A stretch of DNA of 64,000 bases from an uncultured Planctomycetota bacterium (GTDB taxonomy: Bacteria; Planctomycetota; Phycisphaerae; Tepidisphaerales; Tepidisphaeraceae). The notes under the pieces were generated by a model. That model was not told the DNA's origin, did not search any database, and saw only the letters and a program-made list of their open reading frames with translations. Both the position numbers and the translations under genes were made by a program. Where the stretch lies: assembly GCA_963841915.1 (NCBI GenBank), contig CAWJEN010000005.1, forward strand, positions 576,001 through 640,000, read 5' to 3'. This document shows positions 33,493 through 43,020 of this stretch, one piece after another. The first letter of the stretch is position 1. Each line of letters opens with the position of its first letter.

Positions 33493-33549
33493 ACCGCACG
33501 CCGATGTTGCACGAATCTGACAAGCCGCGGCAAATCGTGGGACGAAGCG

Positions 33550-33840
33550 TCAACCGACTTGCGTCATCTCGTGGATCGCACGATCGGCGACCGCGCCTTC
33601 TGTTGCTTTGCCAAACGCCGCCAGGTGCGGAGCGTTCATGTGGTCTTGCCACAGCGGTCGGCTTTGCCACAGCTCGAAGAACATGAAGTGCTCAGGCCGC
33701 TCGTTGTCCTGGTGCAGGTCGTACTGAATGCAACCGGTCTCGGCCCGCGTCGTGTCGATGAGCTTCAGGCACTCGGCCTTGACGAGCTCGACCTGATCCG
33801 GGACGGCAGTGATGTGGGCGATGAGCGTCAGCGTCGGCAT
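33550..33840 (-). CDS. Putative quinol monooxygenase (ABM family)
   Basis: TRAETGCIQYDLHQD..FFELW..HMNAPH. Confidence 0.88.
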   Translation of the reverse strand: MPTLTLIAHITAVPDQVELVKAECLKLIDTTRAETGCIQYDLHQDNERPEHFMFFELWQSRPLWQDHMNAPHLAAFGKATEGAVADRAIHEMTQVG

Positions 33841-33924
33841 GGTCCAACGTCTTAGGCGGCGACGGCACCGGGTGCCCGGACGTGACTTCCGCCACGTGCA
33901 CCCAAGGGAGAACCACACGCGGCA

Positions 33925-33991
33925 CGCCTGAGCAGTCGAAGACCAGTGCCGCGTTGCCGGGCGAGGTCCCTCGCCTGCGCTCGGGATGACG
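33925..33991 (-). repeat. CGTC-tagged REP-like element with a degenerate second arm
   Basis: Minus strand CGTCATCCCGAGCGCAGGCGAGGGACCTC...GGTCTTCGACTGCTCAGG. Confidence 0.6.
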
Positions 33992-34033
33992 ACGATGGGC
34001 ACGGCGACGGTCAGGCCGCACTGACAACGTTTC

Positions 34034-35146
34034 TCAACTCGCCGGGCCGCGGAACGGCTGACCCAGCTTAGCGGCATCGGAGAGCTCTGCGGTGCGGCCT
34101 TTGAGCAGCGACATGTCCATCACCTGGCGGAACCGCACGTCTTCACCCTTCATTCGGGCAAACGCCTTCTCGATGTCGGCCGGGTCGATGACCTCGACTT
34201 CCGGGCGAATGTCGTGCTCGGCACACAGCTCCAGCACTTCCTGCGTGTCGGCCACGCCACCGATGAGCGAGCCGGAAACGCTGATCCGCTGGAACACGAG
34301 GTCGGCCGGGACGATCTCAGGGAACTTGATGAAGTTACCGACGACGACGATCTGGCCGTCGGTCTTCATGAGGCCGATGTACGGCTGCAGCTCGTGCGGG
34401 TACGGAATCGTGTTGAGCAGGAAGTCGAGCGTCATGGCCGCCCCTTCGACGGCAGCCTTGTTGTTCATGTCGACGACGTCGTGGGCGCCGAGCCGCTTGA
34501 CCTCGTCAGCCTTCTCGGGCGTGGTGGTCAGTGCGACAACTTCAGCCCCGAGGGCTTTGGCGATCTGGACGGCCATGTGCCCGAGCCCGCCGATGCCCGC
34601 CACGCCGATGCGATGACCGGCCTTGAGGCCGAAGTGCTTCATCGGCTGATAGGTCGTGATGCCGGCGCACAGGATCGGTGCCGCGTGCTGACTGTCGATG
34701 GCGTCGGGAATCTTCAGGACAAACTCCTGGCGGGCGATGATGCCCGTCGAGTAGCCGCCGTAGGTGTTGGTGCCGTCGGGCTTTTTGGGGCCGTTGTAGG
34801 TGAGCGTGCAGGACCGTGGGCCTTGGCAGTATTGTTCCTGGCCTTTCTTGCAGTACTCGCACGCCTGGCAGGAGTTGACCATGCAGCCGACGCCGACGCG
34901 GTCGCCGGCCTTGAACTTCGTCACACCCGCACCGACGGCGCTGACGGTGCCGACCACTTCGTGCCCGGGAACGCAGGGCCAAACGGTGTTGCCCCAGTCG
35001 TCGTTGACCTGGTGCAGGTCGCTGTGGCAAACGCCACAGTGCGTGATGTCGACGGCGACCTCACCGGCGGCCAGGGGTTCGCGGTCGAACTGGACGGGCT
35101 CCATCGAGCCGCTCTTCTTTTGCTTGCCGTAGCCGAAGGTGTGCAT
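34034..35146 (-). CDS. NAD(P)-dependent Zn alcohol dehydrogenase (cinnamyl/YahK-like)
   Basis: CGVCHSD, PGHE, TYGGYS, APILCAGITTY, GIGGLGHMAV. Confidence 0.92.
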   Translation of the reverse strand: MHTFGYGKQKKSGSMEPVQFDREPLAAGEVAVDITHCGVCHSDLHQVNDDWGNTVWPCVPGHEVVGTVSAVGAGVTKFKAGDRVGVGCMVNSCQACEYCKKGQEQYCQGPRSCTLTYNGPKKPDGTNTYGGYSTGIIARQEFVLKIPDAIDSQHAAPILCAGITTYQPMKHFGLKAGHRIGVAGIGGLGHMAVQIAKALGAEVVALTTTPEKADEVKRLGAHDVVDMNNKAAVEGAAMTLDFLLNTIPYPHELQPYIGLMKTDGQIVVVGNFIKFPEIVPADLVFQRISVSGSLIGGVADTQEVLELCAEHDIRPEVEVIDPADIEKAFARMKGEDVRFRQVMDMSLLKGRTAELSDAAKLGQPFRGPAS

Positions 35147-35246
35147 GATTCAGCTTTAGTCGAAAGCGAGGCCATGGAACAATGCTTAAATTGCCTGCCC
35201 GGGCAAGTTTTGAACGGCAGCCACGCTCACGCAGCTACTTTCAGGC

Positions 35247-35990
35247 GTGGCGCAGACGTCGACAGCTCATCGCCCTTACCCGCTGCCTCGGCAGCCCTGG
35301 GTGATGAGCATGCGGTGGCATGACCTGCTGTTCGCTCACTGGCCCGTCAAGCCGCAGGCGTTGCAGTCTTTGCTCCCGCCGGGTTTGGAACTCGACACCT
35401 TCGACGGCGAAGCTTGGTTGGGCGTCGTGCCGTTTCGCATGAGCGGCATCCGCGGACGGTTCATGCCGCCTTTGCCGGGGGCGTCTGCGTTTCCGGAACT
35501 CAACCTGCGGACGTACGTCAAAGTCGGTGACAAGCCGGGCGTCTGGTTCTTCTCGCTCGACGCACAGCATCGTTTGGCCGTCCGCGTCGCCCGGCTGACG
35601 TTCGGCCTGCCTTACTTCGATGCCGACATGAGCTGCTCGATCGATGCGGGCACCGTCACCTACGCCAGTCACCGCACGCACAAGCGTGCCGCCCCAGCAG
35701 ATTTTCGCGGCAGCTATCGACCGGCGGGCCCGATGTTCGAGGCCAAGGCCGGCACGCTGGAGCATTGGCTCACCGAGCGCTACTGCCTCTACGCGTGCCG
35801 ACCCGGTGGCCGACTGCGGCGGGGCGACATCCATCACAACCCGTGGCCGCTTCAACCGGCCGAGGCCGACCTCGGACACAATGCGATGACCGAGCAGATC
35901 GGCGTGACGCTTCCCGACACGGCACCGTTGCTGCACTTCGCGACGTCGCTCGACGTCGTCGCCTGGTTACCGACGACACATCTGAGGTGA
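35247..35990 (+). CDS. YqjF/DUF2071 family protein
   Basis: WHDLLFAHW, FPELNLRTYV, GVWFFSLDA, WLTERY. Confidence 0.92.
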   Translation: MAQTSTAHRPYPLPRQPWVMSMRWHDLLFAHWPVKPQALQSLLPPGLELDTFDGEAWLGVVPFRMSGIRGRFMPPLPGASAFPELNLRTYVKVGDKPGVWFFSLDAQHRLAVRVARLTFGLPYFDADMSCSIDAGTVTYASHRTHKRAAPADFRGSYRPAGPMFEAKAGTLEHWLTERYCLYACRPGGRLRRGDIHHNPWPLQPAEADLGHNAMTEQIGVTLPDTAPLLHFATSLDVVAWLPTTHLR

Positions 35991-36172
35991 AGCCGATGCC
36001 GACGAAGCTGCTGTTCGTCTGCTCTCGCGCCCGTCGCCGAAGTGCGACGGCCGAGGCCATCTTCGGCCAGCTCGACGGCATCGACACCATGGACGACACG
36101 CTGATCCGGCTGCTCCGCGAGCGGGTCGGGCATCACCTGCCGCACACCCTCGGCAAAAGCGTCGGGTCGTGA
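35987..36172 (+). pseudogene. Low-molecular-weight phosphatase-like remnant with internal deletion
   Basis: KLLFVCSRARRRSATAEAIF (CX5R) fused directly to C-terminal MDDTLIRLLRERV. Confidence 0.65.
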
Positions 36173-36292
36173 CACCCGCACCAGAAACCTCAAAAATGGC
36201 GTCGCTCACTCGGCGACGGCATTGCGCGAGATCGTCGAGCGCGATTTGTAGCCGGCCATGCAACTTGACAGGCATCGCGGCCTGACTGGTCC

Positions 36293-37501
36293 GTGCGCTT
36301 ACTCTTGCTGCTGGCCTCGCTCGCGTTCCCGACAGTCGCCGCCGCCCAAGCGACGCGGCCGGCTGATGACCTGCCGACGTCGAAGCTGACGAGCGGGGCA
36401 ATGGATCCGTTTGCATTTCCCGGGAATCAGACGGCGATGCGAGCGGGGAACATCGAGCTGCGCTACGAGCCGCCGACGTTTCCCGACGCGCCGAGCATGT
36501 GGGACGCGAAAGACGCTTATATCGACGCCGTCTACGCCGACGGTGAGGTCGGGCGGGAGCACCAGCGTCGTGTGGCTGACTACTTCGGGGCAATCGCCGT
36601 TCGCTATCCGATGGACGAGATGGTCGCGACGGCCCTAGGCAACCGGGCGTTCTTCCTCGACCGGCTCGACACGATGGAGGCGGACGAGCGGATCGTTGCC
36701 GAACTCGGCAGGTTTCTTGAGGCTGGCGGCACGGGCGACCACGACGCCGCCACGGTGCGGCTGCACGTCTGGCGGGCTCACCGCGACTTGGCGTTGCGAC
36801 GCTGGCGGGAACAGCACGCTGACGCCGAGACCGGCCCGCCGCTGCCGCCGCCTGATTTCGCCGACGCAATGGCCTTTGCCGAGGCGCAGCCGGACGTCGA
36901 GTTGCGTGCGGGGTGGATCTACGGCATCGCCGACGAGCTACGCAACGGCGGCTGGCTCGATGAGGCGCTTGTGATCGAGCAACGCATCCTCCGCGACTTG
37001 CTGGATACTGAAGCTGCGACAGTTGTTCAAAGCGTCCAACGCCGCGACGGTGCGGCGGGCAAGCCGTTCGAGCTGATCTTCACCGACCTGGCCACCGGCG
37101 AGCGGGTCGACGTGCAGAAGGACTTGGCCGGCAAGGTCGTGCTGGTCGACTTCTGGGGCGCGTGGTGCGGGCCCTGTGTCGGCGACCTGTCGAACCTGAA
37201 GTGGCTGCGCGAGGAGTACGCCGAGCACGGCTTCGAGATCATCGGCATCGCCACCGACGAAGCCAACGACGACAAGCTGCGCCGCGTGATGGAGGTATAC
37301 GAGGTCGATTGGCCGCAGTACTACCCCGCCGAAGATGGCGAGGACCCGTTCGCTTTTGCGCGGTCCTGGGGCGTTTACAGTTATCCAACGCACTTCATCC
37401 TCGACCGCGAGGGCAACATCGTCACCACCTCCACCGGCCGCGCTCACAAGAGCGAGCCAGTCATCCGCCGCCTGCTCGACCTTGAAGATGGGGACAAATA
37501 A
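36293..37501 (+). CDS. Secreted TlpA-family thiol-disulfide oxidoreductase
   Basis: Signal peptide; GKVVLVDFWGAWCGPC; YPTHFILDREG. Confidence 0.88.
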   Translation: MRLLLLLASLAFPTVAAAQATRPADDLPTSKLTSGAMDPFAFPGNQTAMRAGNIELRYEPPTFPDAPSMWDAKDAYIDAVYADGEVGREHQRRVADYFGAIAVRYPMDEMVATALGNRAFFLDRLDTMEADERIVAELGRFLEAGGTGDHDAATVRLHVWRAHRDLALRRWREQHADAETGPPLPPPDFADAMAFAEAQPDVELRAGWIYGIADELRNGGWLDEALVIEQRILRDLLDTEAATVVQSVQRRDGAAGKPFELIFTDLATGERVDVQKDLAGKVVLVDFWGAWCGPCVGDLSNLKWLREEYAEHGFEIIGIATDEANDDKLRRVMEVYEVDWPQYYPAEDGEDPFAFARSWGVYSYPTHFILDREGNIVTTSTGRAHKSEPVIRRLLDLEDGDK

Positions 37502-37504
37502 ACC

Positions 37505-38683
37505 TCACTCCGCGACGATGCGCAGGATCTGGCCGTTCTCCTCGTCGGTCAGCACGTACAGGTGACCGTCGGGCCCGTTGCGGACGTCGCGAATGCGACT
37601 TGGGAACTGCAGCGTCTCCTGCTCGCCGGGTTGGCCGTTGTCGTCGAACTTGATCCGGCGGATCTGCTTCAGCACGAGCCCACCTGCGAACAGGTCGCCC
37701 TTCCACTCGGGGATCGCGTCGCCGGTGTAGAAGGCCAGACCGCTCGGTGCGATGCAGGGGGTCCAGACGATCTTCGGATCCTCGGCGTCTGGGTAGCTCG
37801 TCTCGTTGCTGATTCGCGGGCCCCAGTACTCGTAGCTGTAGGTCGCCTCGGGCCAGCCGTAGTTGCTGCCTGCTTCGATGAGGTTCAGCTCGTCACCGCC
37901 ACGAGCGCCGTGTTCGGTCGCCCACACATCACGCGTTTCGGGGTGGATGGCCAGGCCCTGGATGTTGCGGTGGCCGTAGGTGTAGATGCCGCCGTAGTTG
38001 TCGGGGTCGTCCATGAAGGGGTTGGCCGGTGCGGGCTTGCCGTGCTCGTCGAGGCGGAGCGTTTTACCGAGGTGGCTGTCAAGGTCCTGGGCGTGGAAGC
38101 GGGCGAGCTTGCCATTGACCTCGACGGGCGGGTTGCCGCCGTCACCGACGCTCATGAGCAGGGTGCCGTCGTCGAGCCACAGGATTCGGCTGCCGAAGTG
38201 CTGGTTGCCGGGCTTCTTCTCGGCGACCTCGAAGATCTGCTCGACGTCTTCAAGCTGCGTCAGGTCTTCGCTGATTTTGGCGCGGACGAGCACGGTGTGG
38301 TTCTCGTTGCGCGTGCCTGCCGCGTGGGTGAAGTAGATCCAGCGTGTCTCGCCGAACTCCGGGTGCAGGACGACATCCATCAACCCGCCCTGGCCGCGGG
38401 CGTAAACCTCGGGCACATTCTTGACCGGCGTGTCCCGCAGGTTGCCGTCGGCATCGACGATGCGCATCTGCCCACTTCGCTCGGTGACAAGCATCTCGCC
38501 ACCCGGCAGAAACGCCAGTCCCCACGGCCGATCAAGCCCGCCGGCCACTTCCTCCGTTGTCCAACCCTGAGCCGCCGGCGCCGCGGCAACGGGGTCGACA
38601 GGCCCCTCGATTTTCCCCTGTCCGTACGCCGCACCGGACAAAAAGCTCACGGACAACAACGCGTGGGTGATGTACGACTTCAT
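37505..38683 (-). CDS. PQQ-dependent sugar dehydrogenase (soluble GSDH family)
   Basis: GQGGLMDV, HFGSRI, YGHRNIQG, EHGARGGDELN, RIRDV. Confidence 0.93.
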   Translation of the reverse strand: MKSYITHALLSVSFLSGAAYGQGKIEGPVDPVAAAPAAQGWTTEEVAGGLDRPWGLAFLPGGEMLVTERSGQMRIVDADGNLRDTPVKNVPEVYARGQGGLMDVVLHPEFGETRWIYFTHAAGTRNENHTVLVRAKISEDLTQLEDVEQIFEVAEKKPGNQHFGSRILWLDDGTLLMSVGDGGNPPVEVNGKLARFHAQDLDSHLGKTLRLDEHGKPAPANPFMDDPDNYGGIYTYGHRNIQGLAIHPETRDVWATEHGARGGDELNLIEAGSNYGWPEATYSYEYWGPRISNETSYPDAEDPKIVWTPCIAPSGLAFYTGDAIPEWKGDLFAGGLVLKQIRRIKFDDNGQPGEQETLQFPSRIRDVRNGPDGHLYVLTDEENGQILRIVAE

Positions 38684-38740
38684 CCCGAACGGTAGAGCCT
38701 CGTTGTTTGCGGCGTTGGTACGACCAACTGAATCATCAGC

Positions 38741-39154
38741 CTAAGGCTTCATGACGACGACCATGACTTCATCGCCGGCCTTGAGGTCGTGGGTCTCGGC
38801 GAAGTTGCCGTCGCGGACGGCGAGCGTCAGGCCGTTCTCGTGCAGGACCGCTACCGGCTCACCCGACGACACGGCGTCATACGAGTCGGCCAGCGGCATC
38901 GTTACCGTGTCGCCGTCCTTCGTCACCGTCAGCTGCCCGCCGGCGACGTAGCCCATCTCGTCGTACTCGTCAGCGGCGACGTCGAGGTAGACGTTGCCGA
39001 ACTCTTCACCGACGCCGGTGACCATCGCCGCCGTCTGTGCCTGCACCTCTGCGGTCGACATGGTCTCATCCCCGTCCGAGGCGCAGCCGGTCAGGCCCGA
39101 CAGGCCGACGATTGCGAGACTTGCCACTACAGAACTGATCAGGAGTCGTTGCAT
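38741..39154 (-). CDS. Lipoprotein with a stand-alone SAM hydroxide adenosyltransferase C-terminal-like domain
   Basis: LTGC lipobox; FGNVYLD..SYDAV..GEPVA..LTLAVRDGNFAE..GDEV. Confidence 0.7.
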   Translation of the reverse strand: MQRLLISSVVASLAIVGLSGLTGCASDGDETMSTAEVQAQTAAMVTGVGEEFGNVYLDVAADEYDEMGYVAGGQLTVTKDGDTVTMPLADSYDAVSSGEPVAVLHENGLTLAVRDGNFAETHDLKAGDEVMVVVMKP

Positions 39155-39183
39155 GAGCAGAACACTAGGTGTCGTCGAATGCG

Positions 39184-39669
39184 TTACTCCTCGTAGATCG
39201 AGCTGAACTCGACACCGGCGAGCTTCAGGTAGGTTGAGAGAATGCCGCGATGGTGGGCCGTGTGGGTGACGACCCACTTGCTCAGCACCTCGACCTTCTT
39301 CATCGTGAACAACTCCTGGCCGCCCATCTTCATGGTCCACGGCTGTTGGAGCGTCTCGTCCGTCGTCTGCTCGAGCGCCGCGACCGACGCAGCGAGGTTT
39401 CCATCGAACCACGCCAGCACCGCCGCCGACCCGGCCGACGCCCTTGCCTCGTCCGTCGGAGCCTCGTTGGCCAGGTCCATGCCGTCTTGTTCGAGGATGC
39501 CTTTCGTCCAGCCCGCGATGTCGGCAAGGTGGGCCGCGTTCCACGCCACCGAGTGCAACCCCTCGGCCGGTGACCACGCCATCCGGTCGTCCGGCATCCG
39601 CTCCAGCAGTCGGCGGGTCATCGCACCTTCACGCTTGAGTTCGTCTGCCATCTCGCTTGCTCTGGACAT
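39184..39669 (-). CDS. DinB family protein
   Basis: TRRLLERMP, AHLA, HTAHHRG. Confidence 0.88.
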   Translation of the reverse strand: MSRASEMADELKREGAMTRRLLERMPDDRMAWSPAEGLHSVAWNAAHLADIAGWTKGILEQDGMDLANEAPTDEARASAGSAAVLAWFDGNLAASVAALEQTTDETLQQPWTMKMGGQELFTMKKVEVLSKWVVTHTAHHRGILSTYLKLAGVEFSSIYEE

Positions 39670-40113
39670 GGGCGCAGGATACGCAATTTTTGCACTTTGT
39701 CACACCGTCGGAAGCAACTCCCCCTGACGCGTGCACAGGGGCGACATCTTGTCCTGCGCTGCGCCGCCGCGGCCGCCGATGCGCAACGCTCGGCGCAACA
39801 TGAACCACCAACATGACCATACACACCCTCTCAAGAATACAACCAACTTACCAACAACATGGGGTTGTTGTTTGGGTTCATTGCGCTGAGGTTGTAGAGG
39901 GTTGTCAAGAAGGATAGTGGTGGGTCATGTAAACCGGGCGGCTGCATGTGGGTAAGTCGCGGAGCGAGATGCTCTGCAGCAAGACGCTACCCGCCACGGT
40001 GCTGTGCCAGATAGGGATTGTTCAGGTCGTTGCGCAACGGCATGCGACGTTTTTCGGGCCGACGCCGTCGTCCGATTTGCTTCTGCAGCCGCCTTGCCAA
40101 CAGTGGTTGCATC

Positions 40114-41232
40114 ATGGCCGACAAAAGCGTCTCTACCGACTCCCTTGCCCTGTCCACCGACGACGCCGAGTACACCGGCAAAAAGTTCAGGATCGCCATC
40201 GTCGGGTGTGGCGGCATCGCCCAGACGCACATGAAGGCCTACGCGAGCATGCCGCATGTTGAGGTCGTGGCAGGGTGCGACATCGACGAAAAGAAGCGCA
40301 AGCACTTCACCGAGACCTGGGGCGTCGACAAGACCTTTGCGAGCTGGCAGGAGATGTACGACAGCGTCGACATCGACGGCGTCAACGTCTGCACGCCCAA
40401 CTACGTCCACAGCGAGCCGGCCATCGACGCCCTCAACAGCGGCTTGCACGTTATGGTCGAAAAGCCGATGGCCATCACGCCCGCCGAGTGCCAGGCCATG
40501 GTCGACGCAGCCGAGAAGAACAACAAGCTGCTCAGCGTCGGCTTCCAGTTCCGCTTCCACCCCAAGACCGAGTACCTCAAGCGCATGGCCGATACCGGCG
40601 CATACGGCGATCTCATGTACGTCCGCTGCCAGGCGCTGCGTCGTCGCGGCATCCCCAACTGGGGCGTTTTTGGTCACAAGGACAAGCAGGGCGGCGGCCC
40701 GATGATCGACCTGGGCGTCCACATCCTCGAGTGCGCCCACTACCTCATGGGCAGCCCCAAACCCGTCGCCGCCGTCGGTAACACCTGGACCTATCACGGC
40801 GACAAGCCCGACGCGACCGTCAGCCACTGGTCCGGCTGGGATCACGAGACGTACACCGTCGAAGACCTTGCCGTCGGCCACATCCGCTTCGACAACGGAG
40901 CGGTCCTGCACATCGAAGCCTCGTTCGTCGCCCATGTGGAGAACGATGTCTGGGACATCAATTGCATGGGCAAGAAGGGCGGCTTCAACTGGCATGCGCC
41001 GGCCGTCTTTAAGGACGAGGCCGACACGATGACGAACGTCGAGCCGCACTGGCTGCCCGACACCGGCGGGTTCCAGGACGTTCACACCGCCAAGCAACGG
41101 TCGTGGATCGACTCGTGCATGAACGGCACGCCGCAAATGGCCGACGGCACGGCAGGCCTCAACATCCAGAAGATGCTCGACGGCGTCTACCGCTCCGCCG
41201 AAGCCGGTGGGGCCGAAGTGACGATCGACTAA
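40114..41232 (+). CDS. Gfo/Idh/MocA oxidoreductase
   Basis: IVGCGGIA, VEKPM, GGGPMIDLGVH. Confidence 0.93.
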   Translation: MADKSVSTDSLALSTDDAEYTGKKFRIAIVGCGGIAQTHMKAYASMPHVEVVAGCDIDEKKRKHFTETWGVDKTFASWQEMYDSVDIDGVNVCTPNYVHSEPAIDALNSGLHVMVEKPMAITPAECQAMVDAAEKNNKLLSVGFQFRFHPKTEYLKRMADTGAYGDLMYVRCQALRRRGIPNWGVFGHKDKQGGGPMIDLGVHILECAHYLMGSPKPVAAVGNTWTYHGDKPDATVSHWSGWDHETYTVEDLAVGHIRFDNGAVLHIEASFVAHVENDVWDINCMGKKGGFNWHAPAVFKDEADTMTNVEPHWLPDTGGFQDVHTAKQRSWIDSCMNGTPQMADGTAGLNIQKMLDGVYRSAEAGGAEVTID

Positions 41233-41611
41233 AGATCTCCCCCTTGCCCTGTCGACAGCCGACCGGCTCTCGATGAAGACAATCCCGATCCTGGCAGCGT
41301 CGCCGACCGACGTTGGCCAGCCCATGGCCGCAGAGGGCTCAAAGCCGTCTGCGTGCCCGACTGCGCCTTGTGAGTCAAGACAGTTCTGTGGCAGCGATCG
41401 CGGCGACGTTGCGTCGCCCTGTACACAGCTCGTTGCTATGCTAACACAGATTGAACTGCCCAATTGTGTCATGGTGTGGACTCTGAGTCGCCATCAACAC
41501 GCCAGCGTCTCTAGGCCCGTGATGCCAGGGATGGGCCGCTCCTGAAGATCGCGGCCATGTGATGAGGGCATGGGCGGGTGCAACGGGCACTTCACCTTTT
41601 CGAAGAGCTTC

Positions 41612-42958
41612 ATGATCGACCATCTTCCGCTCGTTCTTATCCTGCTCGTCCCGCTTCTGCTGTACGCAGTCCCCACGTCGGCCCAGACCGACTCGTCAGG
41701 CGATGCGGATTTAAAGCATCGCAAGGGACGCTTCGTCCGCGTGTTTCACGGCGGCAAGGGCTATGGCGACGGCGCGCCTTGGCAAGCGCGACGCGTCCGT
41801 GTCAACGACGACACCGCGGCAAGCTCCGGCTGGACCTCCGAACGCGACGAGACCTGGTCCAACGGCATCCTCGCCTTGCACCTCGACAAAGACCTCGACC
41901 TCAGGCACCTCAATGCCGCTGACGTCTACGTCGAATACTGGGGCGGGCATCCGGGAACCACGAACAAGCGCTTCACCCTCAACGGCAGATCGACCTACCT
42001 GTTGCCCGAACGCGGCGGCGCCGAAGGCGTCTTGACCCACGGCTACGACTTCATCGCCGTCAAGGTCTCTGACCTCGTCCGAGAGGACAACGCGTTGCAG
42101 TTCAATTGCGACAAAGGAACCTCCTTCTGGGGCCACTTCATCGTCTTTTCCGCACAGCTTTGGGCCGAACTTGGTGACGGACATCCGCTGTTGGATCAAG
42201 CCGAGTACGCAACGTTCGATCCGGCCGTGGTCGTCGAGCCCGTTGCCGGCCGAGAAGCCCTGCGCCTCAGCGTCGCCATTCCTCCTGCGCTCGCCGATCG
42301 AATCGACTCGATCGAGTTCTGGGGCCGTTACAAGGGATACGACGAGTCGGGCCGGGGCACGTCGAACACATGGCACGGTGCTTACGTCGATGGCGAGCCG
42401 TTCGCGCATCTAGGAACCGCAACCGCCGGCGACGTGTCGTGCACCTGGGACGTGTCGATGGTTCCCGACCAGACTGACATGGCAGTGCTGGCCCGCATCC
42501 GCCTCAAAGGGGAGGCAAATGTGCTGTTCGAAACCGGAAACACCGAGGGCATTGCCACACCCGATCGCCCCGGCATCGGCGTGCAGCTCTTTTCGGTTGA
42601 TCACGCCGTCCCTAGCGCCTGGGCCCAGTTCGACGGCGACAAACCCGCGGTGCTGACCCGCAACATCACCGTCAGACTCAATCCCGCACAGGTCGAACAA
42701 GCTCAACTGCTCTGGACCGACTGGGACGGCGGCAAAGGCGATGTCGAGGTTCCGTTTCATTTCAACGGTCACGCGATTCCAGTCGATTCCGACGCCAGGC
42801 ACATCTCGCGTTATCACGTCGTCGACGTCGACCCCGACCAGATGATCGACGGCACCAACGTCTTCCAGGTCAGCGCACACACGACGCACCACGGAATCGA
42901 AGTGCTCGCCCCGGGCCCGGCCCTTGTCGTGCGGTACCGGACCGCACGCGCCGACTGA
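41612..42958 (+). CDS. Secreted hypothetical beta-rich protein
   Basis: Signal peptide; EYWGGHPGT, FWGHF; no family recognised. Confidence 0.75.
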   Translation: MIDHLPLVLILLVPLLLYAVPTSAQTDSSGDADLKHRKGRFVRVFHGGKGYGDGAPWQARRVRVNDDTAASSGWTSERDETWSNGILALHLDKDLDLRHLNAADVYVEYWGGHPGTTNKRFTLNGRSTYLLPERGGAEGVLTHGYDFIAVKVSDLVREDNALQFNCDKGTSFWGHFIVFSAQLWAELGDGHPLLDQAEYATFDPAVVVEPVAGREALRLSVAIPPALADRIDSIEFWGRYKGYDESGRGTSNTWHGAYVDGEPFAHLGTATAGDVSCTWDVSMVPDQTDMAVLARIRLKGEANVLFETGNTEGIATPDRPGIGVQLFSVDHAVPSAWAQFDGDKPAVLTRNITVRLNPAQVEQAQLLWTDWDGGKGDVEVPFHFNGHAIPVDSDARHISRYHVVDVDPDQMIDGTNVFQVSAHTTHHGIEVLAPGPALVVRYRTARAD

Positions 42959-43020
42959 ATGATCCAGCACCAGGCGACTTCTCGTCTTCCCGCCCGACAA
43001 GCCCCTTTGAGGAACCGATC

